From Octopus vulgaris (lineage: Eukaryota), in assembly GCA_951406725.2 (NCBI GenBank), contig OX597815.1, forward strand, positions 172,670,001 to 172,734,000: a stretch of DNA of 64,000 nucleotides, written 5' to 3'. The notes below the pieces were generated by a model. The model did not search any database, was not told the origin of the DNA, and saw only the letters and a list, made by a program, of their open reading frames with translations. Shown here in pieces: positions 25,869-41,773 of the stretch (its first letter is position 1; the number at the start of each line of letters is the position of its first letter). Position numbers and translations under genes: made by a program.

Positions 25869-26733
25869 ATTTAGTTCATATTACTAGCAAATCAAATGGC
25901 CAACAGAGGTTTCTTCACTGGCCTAGAGGCAAAATTCCGAGTATACTTTTGTTAGATCTAGCATATAATGCACATCTACCTTTTAATTTATAATTTAGTA
26001 TATATTTCAGTACATAATCATAAAAATGTTTAATACATAATGGAAATCAATAAAATGCAATAATACAAATACATTTACACACTTACATAGTTTCATGCAA
26101 ATATATGATGTTTTTTGGTACACAATATACCATCACACACTTATTTAATATTTTATAGCATTAAACAAAAGAGTGTCAAGTCAGACTAGTAGTATTGTGG
26201 ATGACTAGTTTGTAAACCCTTATGAATATTAATCAGATGCAACTAATCCATAATTTACCAGATTAGAATAAAAAGCTAGCCCCAATGTTTTCAACAAAAA
26301 GCAAGTTTTACAAAAACACTTCCTAATAAGCTGTTGTCTGATAAATATTGAGCAATAAAACTACAGATAGAAAAGAACATTTCAAAGTGATCTGTAAGCA
26401 TCAAAAGTTCCCTCAAAATCAAGGTATACTTATACACACAGACTGACAGAAAAACATACTCTTACTCCTATTACACATACACACACAGCCAAAACTCCCA
26501 GGAGCTTTTCTCACAGATGTGTTGAAGCTTTACCAGTAAAGAACATAGTCTACAACAACAGGATAAATTATCCAGCATCACCAACGGAGAAGTGTTTATC
26601 TACCATTGCAATTTCCAAATGATGCCTTTGTGTATCACATGGCATGTAAGCTCTCCCACCTTCCATACTGCAATTGAGACATTTGGTTCCTTGCCAGTCT
26701 GGAATGAGTCTGGTATGAAGAGCCAAGGTTGTA

Positions 26734-27034
26734 TTTTGTGGAGGCACATGGCCTAGTGGTTAGAGCAGCGGACTCGCAGTCGAGGGATCGCGGGTTCGAA
26801 TCTCAGATTTATGGGCGAAACACCTAAGCTCCACGCGGCTCCAGCAGAAGGTATTGGCGAACTTCTGTTGACTCTCTCGCCACAACTTTCTCTCACTCTT
26901 TCCTCCTGCATCTTGCAGCTCACCTGCGACGAACCGGCGTCCCATCCAAGTGGGGAACCTATACGCCAAGGAAACTGGGAAACCGGCCCTTATGAGCCAG
27001 GCATGGCTCGAGAAGGAACAAACAACAACAACAA
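26734..27034 (+). mobile_element. Young tRNA-derived SINE with (CAA)n tail and 11-bp TSD
   Basis: A box TGGCCTAGTGG, B box GGTTCGAATC, (CAA)n tail, TSD CCAAGGTTGTA (26723-33, 27035-45), many CpGs retained. Confidence 0.92.
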
Positions 27035-28954
27035 CCAAGGTTGTAACTGGATGATGGTGTACACAGAAGGCTAAGGAAGAATCAAACCTGTAATCATCTG
27101 CATATTAGTGTGTGTGAGGTTAGAAGTAACAGCAAGTAGGCTATTAAAGATAATTTAAAGTTTTTCTTTGTATTAACACTTAGAGGCTATTTTAATTAGA
27201 CCATATTTGCAACATTAAGCCTTATTCTTTAAATCCTGACAAAACCAAAAAACTGAATCATATCTGCTAATAAACCTTAGATTTCTATAAGAAGTTAATG
27301 AAAACAAACTGAAAATTTTATCAATTATCATTGAAAAAAAGGCAGTATGAAGTTATTATTGCCTCTATAATCCACAAGCACAATGGCTTAGAGTAAACAA
27401 ATTGAATACAAATGAAGGAACCATTCTTTACAAAGCTCAAATGCTAAGTATCGTGCAGAATATCAGTTTTTTTTTCTAGGTAATAAATATACTTTAAATA
27501 ATAACATCACTTTGACATATTTCAAGAGAAAGCATTCAGGTCCATTACAACAAATGAAGCTGAAGCTGGTAAAAAGAAGCTAAACAGCATAAAAAAAAAA
27601 CAATTAATGAACAGTTTGCACCTCAGAAGAAATGTTACTGCAATTGAAATGCTCTACAAAATGAACAGTCACAACCCTTCGAACTTCAGAGTTAGGCTAT
27701 CACCACAATGTGGAAGCTAAACATTAAGCAAGCCAAACATTTTAATGATTATATATCCTTTCTGCATTCTGAAAGCTGCAGTTGAAATTATCACTAAAAA
27801 GTGAATTCTAATTTAAAGAACAAAATAGGATATATTGGATTTCTTTCTCAATCAGACAAATCATTCATGAGACTATAATATATAATAGTCCACGTGTAAA
27901 TATAAAAAGCTCCACTAAATGAAAGCCCCTTTTTTCCTTTATCTCATTCTCGCCCTATTGAAGATACTAAGTGAAAAAAGTTCCCTGATAAAACTAAAAC
28001 CTTCCTTGGTGCAGATATGCAGATAATCATAACACAATCATATTAATTTTGCTAACATATATCTGTATCCTCATCATCATTTGATGTCTGTCCTCCATGC
28101 TGGCATGTGCTGGATGGTTCGACAGGGTTGAACAAGCCAGAGGACTGCATCAAACTTCATTGTCTGTTTTGGCATGATTTCTACAGTTGGATACTCTTCC
28201 TAAGACCATTCCTAAGACCAGAATGTATTGGGTGCTTTTGCTTTTGTCATCATGCAATAGTTGTAAACAACCATCACCATCATGTAAGTAGTGCCCTTTG
28301 TTTTCAATATTGATCCTAGTACTCATTTTTCTAAAGTTTGGAACCTATTCTATCAATCTCTTTTGCAAAACTGCTAAGTTAAAGGTCGTAAACAAACTAA
28401 CATTTGTCAAGCATTGGAGAGGGGACAAAGACACATACACATATAAACGATGAGCTTCCACACAGTTTCCATCAATCAAATTCTCTCACAAGGCATTGGT
28501 CAACCTGCAGCTGCAGAAGACACCTAAAATCACATGGGTACAAAAGTCAGCTTCTTAATGACACAGCTATATATATATTATACTTCTGTTTAGCCACAAC
28601 AGAACCAATAGTGAAAATTCAATACACTTATAAAGTATTGTATTTTTAAGATCTAATAACAAGGCAGTGTGAATTCACTGATGTCCTCACCTCCAAACTC
28701 CTATATGAACCAGAAGATAAGTAAAGCTAAGTACAAGGCATAATATTAATTAATAAAGGAATGGCTTAAGACAGGCTCTGATAAAACTACATCACACTGT
28801 CGCTCACTTCTAGATGCACAGTTCCTTACAGTGAAAACATTTGTAAGCAAATGAATGTGATTATATAAATCCTCTTATGTTATCTTATTTATTTGTTTAC
28901 GTATATGTATAATATGTGAGCGTATGTGCAGGCATGGATATATGTGTGTGTGTG

Positions 28955-30097
28955 TGATATCAGAAAGTTCATGAAGCATGCTTAAAAGAAGTACACTAAT
29001 ACTCCAATAAATATTGCATTATTTACATTCAGGCAACCTTCCTTTCAACATAATCTATTGGGGACATACACAATGATTATAGTGCCTCTTCATCATAATC
29101 TTCATCAACATTTAATGTCTGTTTTCCATGCTAGCATGGATTGGATGGCTTGAGAGGAACTGGCAAGGCCAGGGAACTGCACCAGGTTCCATAGTCTGTT
29201 TTGGTTTGGTTTCTATGACTGGATGCCCTTCCTAACACCAGCCACTTTACAGAGTGAATTGGGTGCTTTTTACATGGCACCATCATCGGTGCCTTTTATG
29301 TGGCACCAGCACCAGTGCTTTTTCTGTGGCACCAGTACCCATACCAGTACATTTTCTGTGGCACCAGCACCCATACCAGTGCTTTTTACATGGCACTCGA
29401 AAGCACCGGGAAGTTCTTTTCCTGAAAGCCAACCAATACTGTCTGCAGTTCCATTTGAATTTCCTTGACCATCCTGAAGTAGATTCCCTAAAGATTCAAT
29501 TTCCTTTTGGAAAATACAAGTTGCTGCCACTTTATATTGTGTGTTAAGAATTGGTTGACAAACTTTGCAGCATTTCTATGAAAATCTCCTAGCAAACTTC
29601 ATAACTAATTCCAATCATGTGAAGGATCTGACAGATTGTTTAATGGCATTCCCTCATAGATTAGTTAAATTTTTTTCCATTTTCTGGTGATTAACTTGTG
29701 ATTGGTTATCCTGAATATTCATCAAGGCTGGTTGAATATTCTTAAAAGAACATTCAACCAGCCTTGGAATGTGTATGTCATTCAAAATACTTGTGTTCAA
29801 TCTAAAGTATGTATGCTAGAAGCTTGACAAAGTATTTTGAGGTTCTTGGTAGCAGATTTGCTGAGCTTCTTACAAAATTTCATGCAAGCACCTTGTTTGA
29901 CTTTGCTAGCTTACATAAAAATTGCAGAGCTATTCTGAAGGTAATTCTACAAAACTTCACACAGTATTTGAACACGAGCAGATAGTATGGAGCCTATTTG
30001 TAGATTGACTCAGTTGGCTGACTACCAACTATTATGAAACTATTTCCAGCAAACAGCATAGTCTCAGTTTGTGCATTCTGGAAACTTTCTCATAATA
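28955..30097. mobile_element. Possible very old mariner-like remnant interrupted by a SINE
   Basis: Weak terminal inverted similarity (TATCAGAAAGTT / AACTTTCTCATA) about 1.1 kb apart. No intact motifs. Confidence 0.3.
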
Positions 30098-30100
30098 CCT

Positions 30101-30160
<60 letters not shown>

Positions 30161-30612
30161 CATGCACAAAGCTTAGAAGTGTAGTTAATAAGTTCACTTC
30201 ACAGCCACCAGGTTTCTGGTTTGATTCTATGGCACAGTATCTGAAGTGTGTTCAAGTGCCTTAGGTTGATCAATACCTTGTGAATGAAATTTGGTAGACA
30301 GAAACTATGCAAAAGCCTGTCAAATATACATATGCATGTGTGTGTGTGTGTTTGTGTGTGTCTACGTGTGTGAGTATGTATATGCAAGTGTGTGTTTGTC
30401 TTTACATTTTCCCATATTCACAACACTAAACCAGTCGTGATGTTTGTTTATTGCCCAATTAAGTAATGTCTTGCAATTCAACAATTTGGTACATAAAGAC
30501 CAGTGAAATAAAGTATCTTACTCAAAATTAAGGGTTGGTATCAGGAAGGGCATCTGGCAATAAAATATTATCCTAAGATTCAACCCAAGCTAGCATGGAA
30601 AAAGTAGACTTA

Positions 30613-30848
<236 letters not shown>

Positions 30849-30999
30849 GTAACTATCTATGTATGTATTTGTCTCTTTCTCAAGTATATGTAGCAAATTG
30901 ATGATGATTAGTCATTTATTATGATGCCTTATTTATTATGTACAATCTGATTGACTTTATGAGTGACAAGCCAGCACATGACCTACTCCGCCAGATATT

Positions 31000-31440
31000 T
31001 CAAGTATCTCAACAACAATCACTGATGGTCTAGCTTCCTTTCCTGCCTTCATATCTTTAACCACTCTTGCAGTAACACTGCAGTCAATTTCAATGTTTAG
31101 TCCCTCTTTTGCATTAATTCAGAGTACCCTCTCTCTCTTTCTCTCCCCTATGCATTCTCCTTATTTAACAGCTTCTTATAATTCTATATCCCTCCCTGTC
31201 TTTTCAGTGTTAGTAGGAGCAAGCACACTGTTATCATTCTGTACACATTTCTCTCTAGGACAACTTGATTCTCTCTGGTACACACCCTTACAATTTGAAA
31301 CACTTCACACCACTGATCCTCATGTTGCAGAACATGTAAAAACATCTTTTCTTTCATTTCAGCCCTTGCCAAGCATGCCCAACATTCTCTTCAAGCAACT
31401 TGATATTGCTCCTTACTAGCCCCACTTTTTTTCGTAGTCT
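31000..31440 (-). mobile_element. RTE-clade LINE internal fragment (between EN and RT)
   Basis: Frameshifted AEMKEKMFLHVLQHEDQWCEVFQIVRVCTRENQVV..EKCV...YKKLLNKENA. Confidence 0.6.
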
Positions 31441-32512
31441 TTCAAGGCTCTTTATCATTATTATTACTATTGGTGGAGTACTAGAATCATTAGAACATTG
31501 GACAAGATTCTTTGTGATATTAAGTTACTGCCCAGTATGTTCTGAGTTCAAATCCTTCTGGGGTTGATAAAATAAAGTACCAGTTAAGTACTGAGGTCGA
31601 TTTAATTGACTAGTCCTTCTCATCAAATTTCTGGCCTTGTGCTTTTGTTAGAAATGATTATCATTGTTACTATTGTTATTGAACCAATAATGTCCAAAGA
31701 CTAAAAACAAAAAATCTTGAGTTTTTATTGGAATAAGATCCAACCCAGCCCCACCAAAAAAGAAAGGAATTAAAATATGATTTCAGATACATCACTTTCT
31801 AATTTAAGGTCCTATACTTAATTGAATATTCTACACATGCAATTAGATTCACAACAAAGATAAAAAGCCTCAACATACAACTTGCATATTTGAGAATTTC
31901 CTTAAAAAAAAAAGTTACATATGTAAAGATCAGACATGTGATCCCAACTGCATTGCAGACATGAATAGTCAATAAAACTGACGTTCTGTCGGTTATAACA
32001 ACAAATATTCCAGATGATCCAATCAATGCTCCTGAAATTAATGCGCATTGATCCGATCAATGCTCTTGAAATTAACAGCTTGCTCCTAAAATTAACGTGC
32101 AAGTGGTTGAGCACTCTACAGACACAAGTACCCTTAATATAGTTCTCAAGGAAGTTCAGCATGACACAGAAAGTGAAAAGGCTAGCCCTTTGAAATACAG
32201 GTACTACTCATTTTTACCAGCCAAGTGTACTGAAGCAATGTGAAATAAAGCGTTTTGCTCAAGGACACGATGTGCCGCTGGGAATTGAAATCACGACCTG
32301 ATGTTCATGAGCTCAATACCCTAACCACTAAGCCACACACCTTCACACAACAGTCAGTGAATTAAAGGTCACCTGCTGAAAAGTAAACCTTTACTCAAAA
32401 ACACACTACAACCAGTAATCCACCAACTTAGTGTATCACCTCTCACTCACTCACACACACATTCTTTTTTCTCTGTCTCTCACTCTCTTTTTCTCTCTCT
32501 CTCTCTCTCTCT

Positions 32513-32547
<35 letters not shown>

Positions 32548-32849
32548 ATATTTGCTACAATTTGTGCTTTTCTGAAACAGCACCACATGCACCCACCTCT
32601 TCATCTTTAATAATCCCTAGTGTTTTTCTCACACCAACAAGTTCCATACTAGCCCTATTTTCCAATCATTCCCCCTTAGAATTTTATCTTTGCTCATTTT
32701 CCCCCAGTAAACATTAACCTACAGATGTTCATACTGAACATCAACCACATCAATGTCAACAGTATTCAAGAACCTGCCATAGCTAAGGCACTGTACTCTA
32801 CCTCAAGACAATAGAATAACAAAGCAAAGCAACAACAACAACAACATAA

Positions 32850-32907
<58 letters not shown>

Positions 32908-32969
32908 GTGATGATGATGACGATGATGATGATGATGATGATGATTGCAAGAAATTAGTGTATGAAAAC

Positions 32970-33180
32970 TGTCTATAATAACTGGTGCATTGGAAACTGC
33001 AAGCAAAGGTATAGGCAAATGGTTAAGGAGATTGGAATAGAATACCCTGTCGAGCTCCTAGGGAAGGTTTGCCTAAGCACTTGAAAGACTATTGAAAGAT
33101 TGTGGATATCCAAGGTTACAGGTAGTAACCCACTAACCACATAAATCATACTAGGAATAAGATCAAACCTGAGTCAAATC
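32970..33180 (+). mobile_element. Dong/R4-like retrotransposon 3' end between (TAA)n tracts
   Basis: PII.GALGT-like ITGALET...IGIEYPVELL.KVCL. Flanked by (TAA)n/(GAT)n at 32850-32945 and (TAA)n at 33181-33232. Confidence 0.6.
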
Positions 33181-33236
<56 letters not shown>

Positions 33237-35403
33237 TGCTAGTGCATCAGAAGTTACATAATTTACACTATCATAAACATGAAATATAAAAAGTTTTACA
33301 CACGCGGAACCATCTCTTTATAACACATAACCAATGTAAGTATGTATACATGAAAGTCTTTGCTTTTAACTGATATGAAGATATTTACAAGAATACAGAA
33401 GTTATAGTTTCTCTCATAGTGCTTGATAGGTATTCAAACCAGATATCAACAACTATGAAGAGCTTCTTGGATGTCAGAAGTTTAAATATCTAGTTTCACT
33501 GCCATATCAAATTAATTTCCTCATTATATATATTCTGCTTAAATACACTTCAAAAAGGAAAAGTTATGAACATCAGAACTTATTTTCATTGCTTAAACAT
33601 TAGTCCATTCAAAAGACTAATATTAGAAAGAATAATATGTAATAAGAAAAGAAAGGAATTTAATGACATTCTGCAATGACTAATGGATAAAAATTAAATG
33701 AACAAACTTGAGTTTGAAAGAAATGATGATTTGCATAGACAGTTCCTTTTATTAATTGAAGGGTTCTAATATATTTGTATGAACTAATAGTAAAATTCAC
33801 CTATCTTGACCAAATTTTGCAATCCTAGTATATTCATTCAAGTTTGCTTTAGTTTTATGTCTATTTTATGTTATATTTTGAATGAAGATTGCTGTAATTA
33901 CAGCAACTGGAGATTTTTTATGTTGTTTTCTTTATGGCTTAGTCAAAGGAAATGGGACCCTTTACAGAGTCCCCAAGACATGGAGGAGAAAGTTATCTCC
34001 AAAACACACACCTGATCTGAATCCTTGCAACACACTGGAGTCTGCTGAAAGCATATATGGCTCAGATGGTGGTGTTAATGGGATGACAAATTAAGCCTTT
34101 CTTATATATGCAAGATATTCGGAGATTTTTTTTGGGGGTTTTTGTTTTCTTTTTTGGAGGAAGTTGGTTTTGTCGAGTGTAAAGTAAGGTAAAAATGTGA
34201 TATTCTCTACCATTCCTAGTTAAGTAGGGTCTTAGTAAATCTGCTTGGTGATAATGTTAATCTATTTTTATAGAACCAAGATTCAAATTTGCTGTTGTTC
34301 GATACATTTCTTGCTGTTTAGCCCCAGGTCTTCCTAATTAAGTAAACTCACTTAATGAAATACATTTCAGCTGTGATTATCATGTCTTTTTGTATATCAG
34401 ACACTACACTGTCCATGTATCATTTCTTTTTTTTTTTTTTAAGATGATAAAGATTATTTGTTGGAATATAACTTCTATTTGTAGCAGGCCAAGGGACCAT
34501 GTTGAGTTTGCTCCATTGACTCTTGGTGTATTTGTTGTGTGACAATGTCTGGAAGATGTTAAAGGAAATAAATTAAGAACTAGCAATGAAGCTTCTACAT
34601 AACTACATGTGTTGCTCAATGTGGCTCTTATATATCCTGACCAGTACAAAATGGAAAACAACAACAGATATAGAACTTGAGACAATATAACCAATAACAA
34701 AAAGAATAAAGCTGAAAATTAATCATGCTATTATTAAATACTGTTTCTAATTTAGGTACACAGCCAGCAGTTTTAAGGGGATGGGGTTAGTCAATTATAA
34801 CCTCTATCCTCGCTATGAGACAATGAGACTGATAATTTATTTCATGAAAAGCAATGTTGATCTCAATAAGATCTGAATTCAGAATGTAATACCATTGTTG
34901 ATTATGGTAAGAGGAGTCCAATATGAAGGAAACTTAATGGTAAAAACAGCTTGAAAAGAGCATGAAAATGCTTACTAAGATACCCAAACCTGAAATGTGA
35001 GGCAGCAATTAATGCTAGTGGTTAATCTTTGAAGTTACTCCATTGTTTTAATACAAAGAATAAGTGACATAAAGATCTGAAAATTTTAATTAAAATGAAC
35101 AACACAACAATTTAGTCAATAGTTTCCTTTATTCTCTTATCTGATTGATATCAACTAGTAAAAGAGAATACTGTTGTGATCTAAATTCTTGGCTATAAAA
35201 CTATGGTCAGTCATAAGATATATCCATAATAAAGTGTGCTGTATGAAATTGGTAACACTCACACTCATCATTTTTTTTTTTATCCTAGCCTAATCAGTAT
35301 ACAAGCTACATGGATCATCAACATAGGTTTTAAAGACTTCCCACACAACAAAATTCATTTTAAAAATTGAAATAATAAATAAATGACTGATATTTTTACT
35401 CAC

Positions 35404-35520
35404 TCGAGCTTGTTCTAACTGAGTAAGTGCTTGGTGCTCCGTTTCTCTTCGTAAAGCTTCCCTTTCTTCATCCAGAGACAGGTCAGTTGATGGCTGGCTG
35501 CATGTTGACTCTGCCGATCC
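35404..35520 (-). CDS. CACNB: Cav beta exon, N-terminal alpha-1 helix (GSAESTCSQPSTDLSLDEEREALRRETEHQALTQLEQAR)
   Basis: Acceptor tcttttatag, donor gtgagt, 117 nt, phase 0/0. Matches the conserved Cavb segment GSADS..SRPS.SD.SLEEDREA.R.E.ERQA..QLEKAK. Confidence 0.96.
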
Positions 35521-38500
35521 CTATAAAAGAAACAAAACATTAGGAAACAATTGTAATCATAGGTAGTGATAACACAAATACTGCAAAGTAGAATATACAA
35601 AAATAGAGATCTTGCACCAGAGATCTAATACACAATAAATACAATTTATATTTTTTAGAAGGCAAGAAATTAGAAAAAAAAATACTATTTTAATTTTTAC
35701 AACATCAAGACAAGTGGTTAGAATGTTGTAGTTTCTTTCCACTTCCAAAGAAAACACCTGTTACACATCTGAAATGTTGCTTCCTTAAATTTTTTTATAA
35801 TTTAAAGGCTTTCTTTAAAAAAAAAAATTACTAATGAAAAAATTCTCAGATGTTTCAAATGTGTAATTTGTAATTGAAAGGTAGTATGCAGATACACAGA
35901 AAATATATCTAATGTAATACAAAGATATTTACATTAGTATTATTCCAATACATGGTAACCTTAAAATCATTCATACAATGGATTATATACTCTGAGGATA
36001 TAGAATTAAAGATGTCCAGTTTCACAATAGAAGATATAACATAAATTTACTGAAGTGCTATCGAGCAGAGACAACAGTAGAGTCAGCGTTATTTTGATTT
36101 GGGATGAAATAAGAAAAATTTCCAAATGAGGGAGAGAGAGATAGATAGATCATGTAAGCTCACTTTTTTTTGTTTTTACCAGTTTTCTTGTTGTGCATGG
36201 GAGATATCAAGATCCCAAGGAAACCAAGCCTGCATCTAATTCTGATCTATAGTTGAAATTACTACACTTTATATATGCTCTATGACATTATGTTTACTTG
36301 CAATTAATAGCTCAAAGAGGGATGAACTTTATTAATATTGATGTAAATGGCAATGAAGTCTTGATACACATGATAATGAATACACATGACAATAAATATA
36401 CATGACAATTAATAGACATTACTATCAAGTCATTAGTAGTATATCCCCCAATGACTTAATGAATTTGGGAGTATTTTCATTTTCCAATATTTCAGAGCTG
36501 TCTTGCACTTTAAAGTTCAGCATAACAAGTTTATTTAACCAAACTGACCCATGTTTAGATGCTAGTTAATTTTATTACTGAAACTAGCAAAATACTATAC
36601 TTACTATCACAAGTATATGAATTTTATAACACACATGCTGAATATTCATAGCACAAACTAACATGCTAACATCTTGGCAATTGCATCCTATATATGAAAT
36701 GAGAAGTGAAGACATTGATATATTCTCTGTAAATATAATTCAAGTTGGCTTGTTTGAGTTTTAAACAAATCAAACATTCTATAGTGATTATATATATTGT
36801 CAAAGATCAAGCATATTTATTTGACCATATGTGGTAGCACCACTGTAAGTTTGACCAATATGCTTCAGAACATGCTTAATTAGAAGAAATGTTCTAATAA
36901 CTGGATATCTCACTATTCTGTATTGCCAGCTCACCACTAACTGTACTTTAAAATAAAGTGGTTCACTAGGTTCTTAACAATAATGATTTTTCACATTGTT
37001 CCACATACATCCATTTAATTCAAGTAGTCTTTACAAAGAGTGTACTACATAAAAATTTTTTATATTAGATAGGATTACTTTGATACTACAACAAAGAAAA
37101 CAGTTATGTAAGCAATAACCATTTTTTTTGGGGGGGGGGGAAATCTACTAGAACTTGATCCAAGGTTTTCTGGATATGGGAAAAACGTAATGGAATGATT
37201 CTAATAAAACATTTGAAATACCACTAAACTGGCTTATCTGAGTTTGCAAATATTATATTGTAAATGGTATAAATGGTAGCACAAATAAAGAAGGATATTT
37301 TATGTCCTTAGTTTTCAGATGAATATAGTACATCTTTGGGTTTCTATGTAATATTCATAGGTCAAACTATGGCAGTTTATACAGACCAATGTATATTGGT
37401 TATTAATGATGGGCTGAGGTATAATTTATTTTATTTTTTCCTGAAAATATAGAAAGATATTTCCTTCAGATCCCTTTGAACTGAAAAAATTTCAAACGTA
37501 GCAAAAATATTGACTGTACTTAGAAGGGAAACTGTAGACACTTATCAATAAACATTGTTTGTAAAAAAAAAAAAATATCTCAAAGATTGCTAGCTATAAG
37601 GATTTTGCTGTAAAGATCATCTATAATATGTATTACTATACAATAATGGTTCAAGTGATGCAAGAACATAGTAAACTCTCTAAGAACTATGTTGTAATCA
37701 AATTTTTATGACTAGTTGAAGTCATTTTATTTCACTTATACATTCAATGATCCTGTAATCTAAAAATGGAGAGCACTATGAAATGAAAGGCAAGCTATTG
37801 GTGAACCAAATCAATTATCTAGATTAAATACAAAACCAAATAAAATCCCTTATACTGATAATGCAGTAATCCATCTTTTCTGCTGTACCTGTATGACACA
37901 TTGTATCTAATCAAAGAAAATTAATATTAATAAAATATTGCCTCTATTTTTTTTAATATGTTCCACAAAGGTACAGATATGGCTGTATAATTTCAGGTTC
38001 AGTCCTACTGCACAGCATTTTGGGTAAGTGTCTACCACCATAGCCCCAAACCAATTAATGCCCTGCAGGGGACAGAAACTGACTGTGTGTGTATGTGTGT
38101 ATGCACATGTGTGTGTATGTGTCTTTGTGTCTGTCTTAACCATTGCATGACAACTGGTCTTGGTTTGTTTATATCCTTGTAACTTAGCAATTCAGCAAAA
38201 GAGATTGATAGAGTAAGTACCAAACTTTAAAAAAAATGTAAGTACTGAGGTCAATTTATTCAACTGTGGCCATGCTAGGGCACCTCTTTTAAGGAGGTGC
38301 CCTGGCATGGCCAGAGTCCAATGACTGAAACAAGTAAAAGACAAAAGATAAAGTATTTGTTTGCCCCATATAAATTCAATTAATCAGAGATAATTTATCT
38401 TAGGGCTAGATGACCTGTATAACCTTTCTACCTCTCAAAGAAGTTTCCACTTGTAATATTTGAGAAGCAATAATAAGGCTATCAATATAATGTATACTAA

Positions 38501-41500
38501 AAGCTCTCCAATTGGGAATATAATCAATAACTTGATATGTCGTTAAATTTAGTGATATAAATAACATTAAAAATGACATTATAAGATATTCACTGTTTAT
38601 ATAGCTTAAACATTTAAATGTAACGAACTGTAAGATCCTGGTCTGATACATCCGTAATGTGATGAAACTATTTATATGAGAAACTTTTAAAACATCCAAT
38701 GTCAATCTTTCTGTTTAGAAGCTGTTGTAACTGTTGTAAAGTTTGTTTCAGAGAAATCCCTGGTTCTCCTTGGAACACTTGTCAGGCACTGACGATTGCA
38801 AATCTTGCAGCTACTGATATCTGTAATATGTTTAGGAACTAAGCAAATACCTTGTGGTTAATTAATGTTCAGATATTACAAACTCTGAGTGAACCTTCAT
38901 AAGTTAATAGAGTGTCTAATGTTGAAAGGCTTCAAATCTTGTAAGCCAGGGAGGAGACTGAAATAGTTTAGATATAAGTACAGAATAGGTTGTAGGAAAG
39001 CTAGTAGAGAGTGCTGACCAAAATGACTTGGAAATCTTCAAAGGAATAATTACAATAATGATGTAAAAGCAGAAAGCTGTGCATACTATGCCAACATGGA
39101 AACTAAATACAATGATAATGACAATAGTGATGAACGCTAGAGACGATTTTATAATGTCTATAATACTGGTAAATATTATACCAACTATGAACTATTTGGG
39201 CTCTACAAGGCCATAGAAATACAAAACTAATACTGTACTTGAAAGGGGATATCATCTGTTTAACTATGGTAGTGCATCATTTTGTTTACAGTGTACAACA
39301 TACCTCAACAGCTGGCTCGCTGCACATATTTGAATTGAGACATGCAGACATTAGAGTCCTTCCTTCCTCCCCTATAATAGAAGGTAGTCGTTGCTCCATT
39401 TTCCATAGTGCACATTATGTAGCCGGATGTAACAGTTTGAATCTGAACAGCAGAAATATTCTTTAATTGATTTTATGAAACAAAGTGAGAAAACTCAAGA
39501 TGTGCTATGCGTGAAATTTAAGACAAGAATGGCTAGTGCTTGCTTTCATAGGCTTAGAAAGGTTAAATAGAAGGAGATTCATCATTATTAACATGATGCA
39601 ATGATGACAAAAAAATAAATATTTTGGGAGAAAAAGTAAATAAATAGTAACTTCAGTCTTGTAGATCAATAAGCATAAAGTCAAGTGTCTGGACTTTAAG
39701 ATACCGTATGTGTATATTATAGGTTTTTAGATACAACTAAATATAATACCCACCAAAATGCATAAATATTTAAGCAAACAAGATTTTAAAGCATACAATT
39801 GTGCTAAATAAGAGTATTTAGTACTGGAAAAGAGAGAGGCGTAGAAATTTGAAAACATCCTCATGATGACATCGTCATTCGGATGTTCATCATCATTGCT
39901 ATGAACACTGTTTTTCCATGTTGGCATTGAAAAAAGAATAAAAACAAAGACTAAAAGACAGCTTAAAGGGGAATGCATCTTTGAACAGGGTGAAACTGAA
40001 TTATAATGTCAATTAAGTTGAAGTGCTAAATAAAAAAAAAGATTTTGAAAAAGGATATTTTCTGTAATTCAAATTTTTAATTAAAATGTTTTACTATCAC
40101 TTACTATCTAAAACTTGACTGGTCATTGTGTAATAACTAATACCAAAAATAAACAATAAAATTTTTAAGTCAATGAGGGAGTTTTAACATGTTTCAGTCC
40201 ACTAGAAATAGCAGCCAAATTACCCTCAAATCACATCTTATCTCCTTAAAAAAGGAAAGGATACACTGAACAATGTAATCCATGGTCTACAAGAAAAAAA
40301 TAAAAAGGCTGGCCACAGGTGGGATGGCTTTGATCAAAGTTTTGCTTGGTTCAAGGATATTATTGTTGTTGTTCAGCTTTACATCAAACAACAATATATG
40401 TGACCCAGAGTGGGAGTTTCAAGTGGGGTTTTTTTTAACCTGCTAGAAATTACAACCAAATCTCCCACAAATTACATCCAACTAATTTAAAAGGAAAAAA
40501 CACACTATGTTTCTATGTCTTTAAATAAGACAGGATGGTTATGCTTTTATGTGTAAAAATAACATGGGATGGCCATGACTTGATCATAGATATACTCAAC
40601 CAGGGTTGACTTGGAGTTAAATAAAAATAGGAAAAGAGGAAAGCATTTTTGCAAGTGCCATGAAAGTGAATATTTTTAATACTTCTTTCAAAACCTATTG
40701 AAATATGGAGAGCAAAAATCCTTTTAAATATCAGAATTCATATGCATGCATTTTATTAAATACAGTGAGTCTGAGGAAATACAATTTGCTTTGCATGAAG
40801 GTTCAACAGAGGCCTTTGGGTGAAATAAAATGCATTTCATCTGATAATACATATTGGCAATCAGAATTAGCTCTTTTGAGTTCTTTACTCTAAGGCACCT
40901 AACTTAGTTCCTGTAAACTGATAGCCCCAGGAGCACATATATAAAAGGTAATTAAGTAGTATATGAATTACAACACATGATAGAAATTTACACAGTTTGA
41001 TATACAATAATAGCAAGACAGGGAGGGTTAATTATTATATTTCAAATGATTAATCAGTTAATATAGATACTATAATTTTTTTACATCATTATCATTATTT
41101 TATTATATGCTCCTACAATCAGTCCTTATATGTACATATATACATATTCACACAGACATACATTTAGTGCATTCACATGTTTTCTTACAAATGTATATGC
41201 ATCTATATCTTGTCCTTTCACTCTATATGAGTTATAGCGTTCTTGCCTCACCAAAGAATATTAAATCACTATATGAACTGAAGTATTTCCTGATAATAAA
41301 ATCAGTTAGCTAAAACATACTAACACATATCACATGCATATATACACTCCCTCCCCTGCACAACAATATAATATATTATCATCATCATCCATCACTATAA
41401 TGTTCACTTTTCCATGCTTGTATGGGTCAAGTGGAGTTCATCAAGGCAGATTTTCTACATCCGGAAGCTTTTCCTGTTGCCAACTCTCACCAGTTTCCAA

Positions 41501-41740
41501 ACAAGGTAATATTTCCCCCACGGCCAGATATGATTTCGCAGAATATTGGAAAAAAAAATAACACTGCTTACATGACTGCGACACTCATTTACAACTATCA
41601 CGCGATGTCAAGACAAGAAGACACAAATATACACACACATCCACTTACATATATATAGACATATACAAATATATATGCAAATGCACACATACATATCATA
41701 AATACTGGCACACACCAACACACACAAAAATACTTTACAT

Positions 41741-41773
<33 letters not shown>

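Noticed and set aside
26740-26810. Possible tRNA gene
   Set aside because: No acceptor stem; it continues into a SINE body with a (CAA)n tail and TSD.
33890-34100. Possible Tc1 transposase remnant (FQQD-like)
   Set aside because: Needs several indels to see a single motif, and no TIRs were found.
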